Translations under genes and position numbers: made by a program
DNA from: Candidatus Doudnabacteria bacterium
Lineage (GTDB): Bacteria > Patescibacteriota > Doudnabacteria > UBA920
Length of the DNA stretch: 64,000 nucleotides
Direction of reading: 5' to 3'
NCBI GenBank assembly: GCA_003151625.1
Contig: PLYC01000013.1
Coordinates: forward strand, 93,210-157,209
Notes under the pieces: model-generated
The model's database searches: none
What the model saw: the letters and a program-made list of their open reading frames with translations, nothing else
Told to the model about the DNA's origin: nothing
Shown here: positions 1 through 8,948 of the stretch, one piece after another
Layout of the letters: every line of letters begins with the position of its first letter
Numbering within the stretch: position 1 is the stretch's first letter

Positions 1-85
1 TTATGCCCGACTTTTTAGCAAGGTCATGTTGAGTAATCCCCTGCTTGGTTCTTATTCTCTTTAAATTTTCGCCAATAGTTGCCAT
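1..85 (-). CDS. XRE-family helix-turn-helix regulator, 5' part (runs off window edge)
   Basis: Hand translation from ATG at 85: MATIGENLKRIRTKQGITQHDLAKKSGI..., a typical HTH_3 start; divergent from the serine recombinase. Confidence 0.75.
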   Translation of the reverse strand, partial: MATIGENLKRIRTKQGITQHDLAKKSGI

Positions 86-138
86 AGTATCCAAATTTTG
101 ATAGTCTATATGTAAATAAAATTTTAATCAATAATTCT

Positions 139-1701
139 ATGGTATCAAACAAATCTCCTTTAGTAAACAACTATTTCCTCTACGCCCGTAAATCCACTGA
201 CGTGGAAGACAAACAGGTTTTATCCATTGAAGCTCAATTGTCAGAATTACGTACATTGGCAAAGGGGCAGTCCCTAAACATTATTTGTGAGTTCGTGGAA
301 AAACAGTCGGCCAAATCTTTAGGTCGTCCTGTTTTTAACGATATGCTCGCACGGATTGGGAAAGGAGAAGCCCAAGGACTTGTCAGTTGGAAACTAGACA
401 GACTAGCCCGCAATCCAGTCGACGGCGGCCAGATAAGCTGGATGCTGCAGCGCGGAATACTCCAGCATATCCAAACCAATGAGCGGAGCTATTACTCAAC
501 TGACAATGTTCTTCTTATGAGCGTGGAGTTCGGCATGGCCAACCAGTTTATCTTGGATTTGAGCAGTAACACAAAACGTGGTCTTAGGGAAAAAGTCAGA
601 CGCGGTGACTTCCCCGCTCTGGCTCCTATCGGCTATCTTAATGACCCAAGAACTAAGACAGTTGTTATTAACAGAAAAAAAGCCGAGCTCATTAAAAGGG
701 CTTTTGAGATTTATTCTCAAAACAATTCCCGGCTGGAAGATATATCTACCTTTTTAGCCGAACATGGCCATGTTTCAAGCTATGGAAAGCCGTTGAGCCG
801 TGATCAAATTACAATGTTCCTTTCTAACCCTTTTTATTATGGTCACTTTCGATATATGGGCGAAGTCTATGAAGGACGGCATAAGCCGATTGTTACTAAA
901 CAGCTTTGGGATAAGGTGCAGGTAGTTTTAAAAGACCGCGGTCGTGTTCATAAGAGCCCGTATAACGATCCAAGGCCATTCTGCGGTCTCCTTCGCTGTG
1001 GCCAGTGTGGTTGTGCTATCACGGGCGAGAACAAGACAAAATATCAAAAAAATGGCACAACCCACCATTATGTGTATTACCGCTGTACAAGGAAGAAGGG
1101 TATTTGCCGGGAACTTGCCGTTCGTGACGAAGTTTTGGATTTGCAACTTACAAACATTCTTAAGGATTTTGTTATGCCACCGGATTGGGCCGAAACTTTG
1201 GAAAAAATGGCCGACAAACACAGTCAGCAGTCAGCACATTCCACTGCGGGGTTTGTTCAAGACTTGCGGTCAAAGGTTTTGGATATTGACCGCAAGCTCC
1301 AAAGGCTTCGAGACATCTACCTTGACCAGGATATTGAACGGGATGAATACCTAAAAGACAAGAATACCTTGATGTCCGAAAAGAAGTCTTTGGAGGGGCA
1401 GATAGCCCGTTTTGAGCAAAACCAGAATGCTTGGCTCGCACCTCTCAAAAATTGGCTGAAAGACGCAGAAACATTGGGCGAAATAACGCTTTCGCCCGAA
1501 CTGCACCCCAAAAAACTCTTTGCCCAAAAAATCTTCGGCTCGCACCTGTTCCTTCAAAATCAAAAAGTTGTTTTCACCCCACAAAAACAATGGGCGGCCG
1601 TTAAGGCCGCCCGTGCAAAAGTGGGGAAAGTCCCCTTGAGTTGTATAGTGGAGCCCACTATCGGATTTGAACCGATCACCTGCTCCTTACCATTAGGGTA
1701 A
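139..1701 (+). CDS. Large serine recombinase (resolvase + recombinase + zinc ribbon + coiled coil)
   Basis: YARKST catalytic motif, KLDRLARN, CGQC...YYRC zinc ribbon; C-terminus VEPTIGFEPITCSLP is the antisense of the tRNA-Thr 3' half. Confidence 0.93.
   Translation: MVSNKSPLVNNYFLYARKSTDVEDKQVLSIEAQLSELRTLAKGQSLNIICEFVEKQSAKSLGRPVFNDMLARIGKGEAQGLVSWKLDRLARNPVDGGQISWMLQRGILQHIQTNERSYYSTDNVLLMSVEFGMANQFILDLSSNTKRGLREKVRRGDFPALAPIGYLNDPRTKTVVINRKKAELIKRAFEIYSQNNSRLEDISTFLAEHGHVSSYGKPLSRDQITMFLSNPFYYGHFRYMGEVYEGRHKPIVTKQLWDKVQVVLKDRGRVHKSPYNDPRPFCGLLRCGQCGCAITGENKTKYQKNGTTHHYVYYRCTRKKGICRELAVRDEVLDLQLTNILKDFVMPPDWAETLEKMADKHSQQSAHSTAGFVQDLRSKVLDIDRKLQRLRDIYLDQDIERDEYLKDKNTLMSEKKSLEGQIARFEQNQNAWLAPLKNWLKDAETLGEITLSPELHPKKLFAQKIFGSHLFLQNQKVVFTPQKQWAAVKAARAKVGKVPLSCIVEPTIGFEPITCSLPLG
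1649..1693 (-). pseudogene. Orphan 3' half of host tRNA-Thr(GGU), left att junction
   Basis: Minus strand ATGGTAAGGAGCAGGTGATCGGTTCAAATCCGATAGTGGGCTCCA; begins exactly at the anticodon loop; 1649-1688 identical to 26198-26237. Confidence 0.92.
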
Positions 1702-1739
1702 GATGGAAATAATATCCATTTTCACCCTAGATGGTAAGG
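1685..1739. repeat. Imperfect inverted repeat at left island end containing an inverted second copy of the att core
   Basis: ccTTACCATtagggtaagatgga-aataata-tccattttcaccctagATGGTAAgg. Confidence 0.7.
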
Positions 1740-1884
1740 GATTACTGGAAAAAAGATTTAAAAAGTTATGCCGTTACAGTGAGCAACTCCCTGCACAAAA
1801 TTCAGGGACGAAATCCAAGAATAAAAGCTACTGCAACAAACTTATTTAAGTGCTTTTTTAATGTTCTATTTAAATCATAGCACA

Positions 1885-2835
1885 CTAAATTAAATTTTCC
1901 ATATTGGCCAAAGACTCCACGTCGGGCCGCAAGGTATGGGTTGGCAGACAGCGCAGATAGACTTCCGTCATGCGCAAATCCGTATGCCCAAGTAACTGCT
2001 TAAGCGCGGCCAAACTTCCTCCGTTCGCCAAAAAGTTTACGGAGAATGTATGCCGGTATTGGTGAACATGAAATTTCACGCCCGAACCCTCAATCACTTT
2101 GTTTACAAAATGTTTGAAGCCGTCAAAACTTAGGCGTTGGTCCCGGCTGTTGGACACAAACAGGTACGGATTTTTATAGTCTTTTTCTTTACGGGCTTTT
2201 AGGTAATCAACTAATAATTTATACGCGGCCGAATTTATGGGAATAAAGCGATCCCTCCTGGACTTGGAAGTTTCCCCCCGCACATGGAGTTCGCGTTTTT
2301 CCAAATTCAAATCAAGCACCTTAAGTTGTATTAATTCCCCTCTCCTAACGCCGGTGTTAAGCAGGGTGCCAATAAGAGCCATACTCCTTTTTTGTATGAA
2401 TGGGCTATGCCAATCAATGTTAAGACTTACGGCTAGCCAAATCCGTTCCAGTTGTTGCTTGTTCAGGAATTTTCTGTCGCTGTAAATAATCCGAGGGTAG
2501 CGCATATGCTTAAATGGATTATCGGCCAGGTATTTATTTTGTACCAGCCAATCAAAAAAACTATTTAATTTTGACCGGTATGTACCAATGGTGCTAATCC
2601 TGACGCCATTCCTTATTTCCCCTTTTCCGACAACTCTGTCGCGCTGTTCCAGGCGTTTGAAGAATTCGTTTAGAGTTTTGATAGTTAGCGTGTTTAAATC
2701 TACCCCAGGCATAAGCTTTTGGAACAATTCAAACGTCGCCACGTATCCTCTAATTGTGGCCGGTGAGCGCCGGGTTGAATACCGGCGCTCGTTCACAAAC
2801 TCCTGGTGGAGTTCGGTTAAATCTCTATTCTTCAT
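1885..2835 (-). CDS. Tyrosine recombinase/integrase (XerC/D-like)
   Basis: TGVRRGEL, HQYRHTF, LLGHTDLRMTEVY catalytic motifs. Confidence 0.93.
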   Translation of the reverse strand: MKNRDLTELHQEFVNERRYSTRRSPATIRGYVATFELFQKLMPGVDLNTLTIKTLNEFFKRLEQRDRVVGKGEIRNGVRISTIGTYRSKLNSFFDWLVQNKYLADNPFKHMRYPRIIYSDRKFLNKQQLERIWLAVSLNIDWHSPFIQKRSMALIGTLLNTGVRRGELIQLKVLDLNLEKRELHVRGETSKSRRDRFIPINSAAYKLLVDYLKARKEKDYKNPYLFVSNSRDQRLSFDGFKHFVNKVIEGSGVKFHVHQYRHTFSVNFLANGGSLAALKQLLGHTDLRMTEVYLRCLPTHTLRPDVESLANMENLI

Positions 2836-3808
2836 TTGGATCTCCTTCGGGTAGGCTTGCTACTTTAGCCTCTATAACTTCCGGTTCGGCTTCCTCCGGT
2901 TCGTTTAGCCATCTGGCGACATGCCTTTTGACGCTCCTAAGGTTTAGTAATACCCTGGCAATGTTAATTGCGCCTATATCTGCCGGGTTATAGTTTTGCA
3001 GATGGGTTATAAGCTTTCGGGAGGCATCGCTGATTTTTTCCGCTGGTTCCATGGCGGCACTAATGGCGTCACTAACTGGCGTGGGCGAGTAGTTGGGAAT
3101 AATTTTTGACATCTGGGCATTAACCGCAAATTCGTCTAAGCCCGTGTAATCAACATTCATTATTTCCACGCCTTGGTCCGGGTATTGCACCAACGCTCTT
3201 TTAACCGCCATCGCGCTTTCTTTGGACTGGAACTCTTCGGCAATTATTTTTTCTTCCATCTCTTCCTTAAAGTCTTCCGGGATGTCTTTTAAGGCGCGGG
3301 CGTAGCTAGAGGGTATACCTTTTTCGGTTATGGCTTTTTTCATAACAGGAGAAAGATCAAGTAGACTTAATTTCTCATGCACATAGCTTTCGGACTTACC
3401 TACAGCGTGGGCAAGTTCAGTAATGCCTTTGTCATTGTGACCACCACTCCCTTTTTTTGCCTTGGCAGGAGTGATTAATGAAAGCATCTGATGTAGTGCT
3501 TTGGCTATATCCATATCGGGCATGGAATTTTGGATCAAGTTTTCTATAACCTGTCTTTGAAACCGGGCGCTGGCGTTTTCTGGATTAACTTCGCGGCAGG
3601 GTACAGTTTTTAATCCTGCTTTTTTGGCTCCTTCGTAACGGACGTGACCGGTGACAATGACAAAATTATTGTCAATTTCTATGGGATTAATAATCCCTTG
3701 AGCCGCAATACTCCTGGCCATATCAGCGACCGCCGCAGGGTCAATCTTGGAACGCGGCTGGTTTGGATCGGGTTTAATTTTCCCAATCTGTACTTCTTTG
3801 ATGTTCAT
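2825..3808 (-). CDS. ParB/RepB/Spo0J-family protein
   Basis: IKPDPNQPRS, GIINPI, GHVRYEGAK, IENL plus HTH (ITELAHAVGKSESYV); overlaps the integrase start. Confidence 0.85.
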   Translation of the reverse strand: MNIKEVQIGKIKPDPNQPRSKIDPAAVADMARSIAAQGIINPIEIDNNFVIVTGHVRYEGAKKAGLKTVPCREVNPENASARFQRQVIENLIQNSMPDMDIAKALHQMLSLITPAKAKKGSGGHNDKGITELAHAVGKSESYVHEKLSLLDLSPVMKKAITEKGIPSSYARALKDIPEDFKEEMEEKIIAEEFQSKESAMAVKRALVQYPDQGVEIMNVDYTGLDEFAVNAQMSKIIPNYSPTPVSDAISAAMEPAEKISDASRKLITHLQNYNPADIGAINIARVLLNLRSVKRHVARWLNEPEEAEPEVIEAKVASLPEGDPNEE

Positions 3809-3819
3809 ATTGATTTGAA

Positions 3820-4197
3820 TTAGTTGTTTACAATTTTACCGAATTGTTTGAAGCACAATTCATGGTACTCACACAGAACATCTTTGAAATGTTCCTTAGA
3901 AGTAGCAAATTCGAGTCTTGATTCTTCCCTAAATTTCGGATTGACTAATTCCCAATTACACTTGGCTGGATTCGCTATAAAATGTAACGCTAATACAATA
4001 GCATCGTGTATAACCTCACCGGCTACTTGGCCACATTCTAAGGAGGCGCTGATTTCTACAAGTTCATCGTCGCTAAGTTCGTATCCAAGATGTTCTTTTG
4101 CTATGTCTTTAATTGAGCTTTCAGGGATTGCTAAAACTATACGGTCAATTTTAACTTTTTTTTGATTTTGTTTTGAAGACTTTGTAATTTTGTTCAT
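3820..4197 (-). CDS. Hypothetical protein
   Basis: 125-aa ORF in the same orientation as parB/int. Confidence 0.6.
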   Translation of the reverse strand: MNKITKSSKQNQKKVKIDRIVLAIPESSIKDIAKEHLGYELSDDELVEISASLECGQVAGEVIHDAIVLALHFIANPAKCNWELVNPKFREESRLEFATSKEHFKDVLCEYHELCFKQFGKIVNN

Positions 4198-4378
4198 GGT
4201 TTTATTAATTAGTTAATTATTTATTTACTCGCCCTTAAATTTTTTCTATTTCCAGAGCGAATAATTCAGGCAATGTGCAGTTTAATCCCGCCTAAACGGT
4301 AAAGTGGATGGGTAGTGGGCAAACAGAGTTTATAAGCCCTGTTTGCCCCAGTTTCATACCACTTTTTCCAACTCGTTT

Positions 4379-4600
4379 TTACAGAGCTGTTTTAGTCCTT
4401 CTTAACAGCTGTTCGAGAATATCTCTCTCATCGCTCCTGTCATATTCCCGTTTGTCTACCAACCTGTGGAAAGCCCGGCGTAAAGCGCGCTCGTTATAGC
4501 CTTGGCCTTGAACTGCTGCCGAGAAGCAATCCAAGGTGGGAAGATTTTCGTTTCCCGCTTTGGCTTTTACTTCACGGAACTTGGTCCGTATAGTTTGCAT
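4379..4600 (-). CDS. Small hypothetical protein
   Basis: ORF 4379-4669; probable start ATG at 4600 (MQTIRTKF...). Confidence 0.5.
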   Translation of the reverse strand: MQTIRTKFREVKAKAGNENLPTLDCFSAAVQGQGYNERALRRAFHRLVDKREYDRSDERDILEQLLRRTKTAL

Positions 4601-4710
4601 ATGATTATTTTTTTTCTTAACGGCTTTCATAAAAACAATCAAGGGTAAAGTTGTGCCGCTATTAAACAAAATACCACGCTACACGCGTGGTATTTTGAGT
4701 TTAGGGCATT

Positions 4711-4770
4711 AAAAAACCCCGCTAAAAACTAAATATCGCGCTATCGCGTATAACTTAGTTTCTGCGGAGG
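4711..4770 (-). terminator. Long hairpin with U-tract (intrinsic terminator/attenuator)
   Basis: Minus strand CCTCCGCAGAAACTAAG...TTAGTTTTTAGCGGGG-TTTTTT. Confidence 0.6.
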
Positions 4771-4946
4771 GACAAATTACCCTTGCCTAGATGTATATTA
4801 CTTCAGAACACTTTGCTGACAGTTTCATCGCCCTTTAAGCCCGTAAGCTTTAAAGTGGAGGCCGTAGCCAACCTTAGAATGACATTTTCAGCTGTTTTTC
4901 TGTTGTTGAATATAACAGTAAACCCAATATTTGATTGTTAATACTA

Positions 4947-4975
4947 AGTATACACCCTAATTAGCAATCTGTCAA
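4947..4975 (-). promoter_or_regulatory. Sigma70-type promoter facing the parB-int operon
   Basis: Minus strand TTGACA-17 bp-TATACT. Confidence 0.7.
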
Positions 4976-5396
4976 GAGGAGTGCTAATAAATATATTAAA
5001 ACTATTTGATTCATTGATGTTTTATTTGCGGAGAAGTGGCACCCATGCCCTAGTTTTTAGTGAATTATCCACAATTTTTTGGAGCCTTAAGGACAGTTCA
5101 TCGAGCTTTAAGGTTTCTTTACGGTTTTAGAATATAACAGCTTTATAAAATTACCAGAAAACCTATAATTGGACGAAAATTGCAAAATTGCAAATACGCC
5201 TCCCACCATAACGCCCATCCCTGGCATTTAACTACTTTAAGCCAAACTACTCCCCTACCCGGTTCCTATACTTTAATCCCTTTTTCCCAGAATATATTCT
5301 AGAAACAAAAATATTTTCAGGCTAGACCTGATTAAGCGTTCCCTGACCGGCATCGTAAACAAGCCGGTCTTTTTTAATTCTTAACTTTATAAATCT

Positions 5397-5510
5397 ATGG
5401 CAAAAGATTACCACAAGTGTCCGCAATGCAATCACAATCTTTCCTACGAGGAAGAGACTGACCAAATGTGCAGTGAATGTGGTTATTCCTGGTACGACAT
5501 AAACACTTAA
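5397..5510 (+). CDS. 37-aa zinc-ribbon microprotein (not in ORF track)
   Basis: MAKDYHKCPQCNHNLSYEEETDQMCSECGYSWYDINT; two CxxC motifs. Confidence 0.65.
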   Translation: MAKDYHKCPQCNHNLSYEEETDQMCSECGYSWYDINT

Positions 5511-5579
5511 TACCTTATTTGTGAGCGTTGCCGAGGTCGACGGTAACGTTTTTAAAATTAATCGTTAATCAAAAAATCT

Positions 5580-5804
5580 ATGCAAAAAGTTATAGAAATG
5601 AACGTCGCCCTGGCGGACCATCCATTTATGGGTATGGATCATTGCGAAATTTGCAGGGCATTATTCTTTGCTAGAAGCCGAGAAAAGTGGAATCGGCTTT
5701 TGAGCCGTTGGGATCAAATCCGGGCAAGGTCACTGCAAACCCATAGTCTAAACCCTATGATTCAGCAGGCCATTATGACCAGGACTAAGGAGGACGAGCA
5801 ATGA
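5580..5804 (+). CDS. Small hypothetical protein (CxxC)
   Basis: 74-aa ORF; ATGA overlap with the next gene. Confidence 0.55.
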   Translation: MQKVIEMNVALADHPFMGMDHCEICRALFFARSREKWNRLLSRWDQIRARSLQTHSLNPMIQQAIMTRTKEDEQ

Positions 5805-6109
5805 CCGAACACATTGTTAAAACCTTAACCAACTGGACCGGTTCACAAAAAACCGAGGAATTGGTTAGAGAACAAGTCCGTCAGCTCCTTGGCGAGGATG
5901 AGGCAGATTCCTTTGATCCGCGCTATAGTGCCCGGCCTTTAAGGGCGTGGCATAAACTCGGAATGCGGGTTAAGGACTCGGAATTTAACCGGCCACTCCG
6001 TTCCTTCGTGCTTATACAGAAAAAGGACAAAGACGGCGTTGTCACCAAGCGCTACTTTAAAACCATTTTCCTATACCACGTACGGCAAACGGAATTGGTT
6101 AAGAGGTAA
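5801..6109 (+). CDS. ArdC-like N-terminal ssDNA-binding-domain protein (putative)
   Basis: W..LGMRVK and F..IFLYHVRQTE resemble the ArdC-N pattern; RBS AAGGAGG upstream. Confidence 0.5.
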   Translation: MTEHIVKTLTNWTGSQKTEELVREQVRQLLGEDEADSFDPRYSARPLRAWHKLGMRVKDSEFNRPLRSFVLIQKKDKDGVVTKRYFKTIFLYHVRQTELVKR

Positions 6110-6114
6110 AGCCT

Positions 6115-6585
6115 ATGAACTATGTTATAAGCCTTAACTGTAAAGTTGACGCCAGAAATCAAGAAGAGGCCAAAGCCAAGGCGCTGATGAATATCCAGGT
6201 TAGAGAAGCCGCACCTTTAATGCTTGCGCCTCTTGATGTTTATGAGTGTCTAGAAAAATACCGAAAAAAGCAGAAGGAATATTTTATTACCTGCCTCCTT
6301 GATACGCAAAATAACCTCCTGGGCTTTAAGGTTATTGCCGTCGGCACATTAAATACTTCGCTGGTGCATCCGCGCGAAGTATTCAGGCCTGCGATAGCCG
6401 CCAACTGCGCCAGTATTATTGTGGCGCACAACCATCCATCGGGAACATTGGAGCCGAGTCCCGAAGATGTCCAAGTCACCAAAAGGCTCAAGGAGTCAGG
6501 TAAATTGATAGGAATTGAACTCACGGATCATGTCATCATAACCATGTACGGCTTTTATAGCTTCCGCGAACATCACCTGCTCTAA
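6115..6585 (+). CDS. radC: RadC-like JAB domain protein
   Basis: E..., VHPREVF, AHNHPSG..EPS.ED, DHVII motifs. Confidence 0.9.
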   Translation: MNYVISLNCKVDARNQEEAKAKALMNIQVREAAPLMLAPLDVYECLEKYRKKQKEYFITCLLDTQNNLLGFKVIAVGTLNTSLVHPREVFRPAIAANCASIIVAHNHPSGTLEPSPEDVQVTKRLKESGKLIGIELTDHVIITMYGFYSFREHHLL

Positions 6586-6642
6586 ATAAAAAATTAATCA
6601 GGCCGAATTGCCTAATAGGCATTTGGCGGAAATATCAAACCC

Positions 6643-7023
6643 GTGAATACTAAGTTACAAATTAACCTGTCTACTCGCATTCAACCGGAGTCGCAAAAAG
6701 TCTTGGAATATTCTGTTTTGGCTAACGTGGCGGCCAATACTATTGATGAACTCTCGGAGTTGTATAGCCAAATGAAGAATGTACTGGGAAAGGAAGTAGT
6801 TATAACCGGCTTACTACAACAACCGTATACTCCAACGCCGGTTCAATTACCGGCCGCTCCGCCGAGGCAAGAAGAAGATTTGGGATTATGCCCAAACTGC
6901 TCCGCGCCTTTAAAGCGCATTGTCTGCAAAAAGTATGGGAGCAAAAACTATGGCAAGCAATACGCTGTCTGCCCCCGTCATAGAACGACCGGGTGCAGCC
7001 ACATTCAGGAACTTGCCAGTTAA
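6643..7023 (+). CDS. Hypothetical protein with C-terminal topoisomerase-type zinc finger
   Basis: LGLCPNCSAPL...YAVC...GC. Confidence 0.6.
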   Translation: MNTKLQINLSTRIQPESQKVLEYSVLANVAANTIDELSELYSQMKNVLGKEVVITGLLQQPYTPTPVQLPAAPPRQEEDLGLCPNCSAPLKRIVCKKYGSKNYGKQYAVCPRHRTTGCSHIQELAS

Positions 7024-7047
7024 ATAAAATAAGGGTTTGGCTTAGGG

Positions 7048-7215
7048 CTATATGTCCTTTGTCTTACCCTTATTTTTTTCTTCCCGCTCAACAAAGTCGT
7101 CAATAAGCGTATTTATTATTTGGTATCAGCCATCCCTAAACTTTTTTATTTCTTCGTCTGTTAGGCTTCCAAACTCTTTTCCGAGTATCTCCCTGCATTT
7201 TTCTATGGATAGCAT
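7048..7215 (-). pseudogene. Small ORF with an internal TGA
   Basis: MLSIEKCREILGKEFGSLTDEEIKKFRDG*YQIINTLIDDFVEREENKGKTKDI; stop at 7126-7128. Confidence 0.45.
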
Positions 7216-7245
7216 ATTTTTTGCTCGCACCCGGTGAGGACAAGA

Positions 7246-7977
7246 TTATTTTGGTTCCTGCTCACTAACAACCAAGGTTTTTAGCAATTCTTCAATCTGC
7301 TGGCGGTCTTTTGGGAAATGGTAAAAAGGATGGGAGGCAATAAGCTTTTGAATCCATTGTTTTTGAATAATATAGGTATTTTCCAGAGGTTTAAGTCCAA
7401 AAGTTATTTTAGCTCTGGAAAACACTATTGTCGGTTTTATATAAATTTCTACTCCCAGTTTTTCTTTAAGAAAGTTATGCAGGGACAAAGCCTGGGACTT
7501 GGATTGCCATAAAAAGTTTTTTTCCAGCAGTTGGCCATATCTGGTTAGCTGGGAGCCATTAAAGCCTATTATGCCTTTGTGGCTTTTAACTTCTATGGTA
7601 AATATTCCGGTTGGCCCGACAAGCACAAAGTCTATATTCCCCTGCTCTGGCTTAATAACGACATCGGCAAATACGGAATAAGCGTCCGGTAGTTTTTTAA
7701 GTTCATAGGCAACTACATCTTCCCCTTTTAACCCCTGAAAAAATTTGTCAGCCATCCCGTCCTCTTTGTCAATTAGTTTTTTTATAACCCAAAAGAGCGG
7801 AGCAAAAACAATAATAGAAATTATTATGTAGCCGGGCTGGGATGTATGGCCGACTAATTTGGTAAAATATTCGTATAAAGCCCAAAGGCCGACTAAAGCG
7901 TATAACAAAACCGCGACCACAGAAACCCAGGCCATACGGATGGAATACTTACTTCGGTTGCCAAAAAATTGAGCCAT
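7246..7977 (-). CDS. Membrane-anchored NERD-domain nuclease
   Basis: Two N-terminal TM segments; G.KGE.VV, NIDFVLVGPTGIFTIEVKSH. Confidence 0.85.
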   Translation of the reverse strand: MAQFFGNRSKYSIRMAWVSVVAVLLYALVGLWALYEYFTKLVGHTSQPGYIIISIIVFAPLFWVIKKLIDKEDGMADKFFQGLKGEDVVAYELKKLPDAYSVFADVVIKPEQGNIDFVLVGPTGIFTIEVKSHKGIIGFNGSQLTRYGQLLEKNFLWQSKSQALSLHNFLKEKLGVEIYIKPTIVFSRAKITFGLKPLENTYIIQKQWIQKLIASHPFYHFPKDRQQIEELLKTLVVSEQEPK

Positions 7978-7981
7978 ATAG

Positions 7982-8566
7982 TTACAGGCTCGGTCCCCAA
8001 TAAATTACGTGGTGAATCTGGGTATGCCATAGCCAGCCGGTCTCCATTCCCAAATTATAAAACATTTTCCACATAAAGAACCTGATTAATAAGTTTGGTG
8101 TCATACACGCCGACTTTTCCCGGCCATTAGAAAAAAGTATATATACTTTGCTAAAATCGGAATCGTCGTATCTCATAGTAACATCATACGTGGCTCCGAA
8201 GTAGCTAACGGTTAGGCCGAGCTGTGGCCCGGACAAAAAAATAAAATGATGGCCGTTACTGTCAAAAGTGTTTAGGTAAAGCCCGTATTTCTTTTCCAAA
8301 TCAGCCACATTTGCCGGTATCTGGCTGGGATTGCTATAGCTTACGTAGTTTAAATAACCAATCGTGGCTTTAACCCCGTGCTTCCTGGCCTCTTGGGCGA
8401 CTTGAATGAAGTTGTAAGACTTGGACAGGTATATTTTGTCGTCTACGATGCTTTTGTAATCGCAAAATGCAAGACTGCCAAAGTCAAAAACGCAATAGTT
8501 AATTGCGGGTAAAACTATAAAAATTATTAACAGCCAAAACCAAACTTTTTTGTAATATTTCTTCAC
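7982..8566 (-). CDS. Hypothetical membrane-anchored protein
   Basis: KYYKKVWFWLLII N-terminal anchor; 194 aa. Confidence 0.65.
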   Translation of the reverse strand: MKKYYKKVWFWLLIIFIVLPAINYCVFDFGSLAFCDYKSIVDDKIYLSKSYNFIQVAQEARKHGVKATIGYLNYVSYSNPSQIPANVADLEKKYGLYLNTFDSNGHHFIFLSGPQLGLTVSYFGATYDVTMRYDDSDFSKVYILFSNGREKSACMTPNLLIRFFMWKMFYNLGMETGWLWHTQIHHVIYWGPSL

Positions 8567-8568
8567 AG

Positions 8569-8766
8569 CTAAGTATTTTTATTTGTTTTTAGAAAAGTAA
8601 TCATTTTGGTTATGGCTTCTTCCAAAGTTTTTCCGGTTTCTTTATGCTGGCTTCCGCCGCTAAAATAAGTTCTAACCAAACACTCGCCTGGCTTGTAGTA
8701 TAGGCTAAAGGTATTTTTTTGGGCCAGGGAAATTAATTCTTGAATTTGATTTTCCATAGGTGACAT
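8569..8766 (-). CDS. Small hypothetical protein
   Basis: 65-aa ORF packed in the operon. Confidence 0.5.
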   Translation of the reverse strand: MSPMENQIQELISLAQKNTFSLYYKPGECLVRTYFSGGSQHKETGKTLEEAITKMITFLKTNKNT

Positions 8767-8773
8767 TAAGAAT

Positions 8774-8929
8774 TTATAAATCTAAATCATCAACATCAAT
8801 CCCCAAATTTTCCATCCGCTCTAAAGCCTCGTCAGCATCGCCATTGTTAATCTGCTCGGCCAGTTCTTCCTTTAGCCCGTCTTCGTCCACTTCCATTCTT
8901 ATTTCGTCCTCTAAATCTTCAAGTGGCAT
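8774..8929 (-). CDS. 51-aa highly acidic microprotein (not in ORF track)
   Basis: MPLEDLEDEIRMEVDEDGLKEELAEQINNGDADEALERMENLGIDVDDLDL; 21 D/E vs 3 K/R; fills the gap between co-oriented genes. Confidence 0.65.
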   Translation of the reverse strand: MPLEDLEDEIRMEVDEDGLKEELAEQINNGDADEALERMENLGIDVDDLDL

Positions 8930-8948
8930 AATTGCGTATGAGCAAATC

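Noticed and set aside
7048-7215. In-frame TGA as evidence for genetic code 25 or selenocysteine
   Set aside because: Single case in a small accessory ORF; core genes translate fully in code 11 and prfA ends in TGA. Treated as a nonsense mutation.
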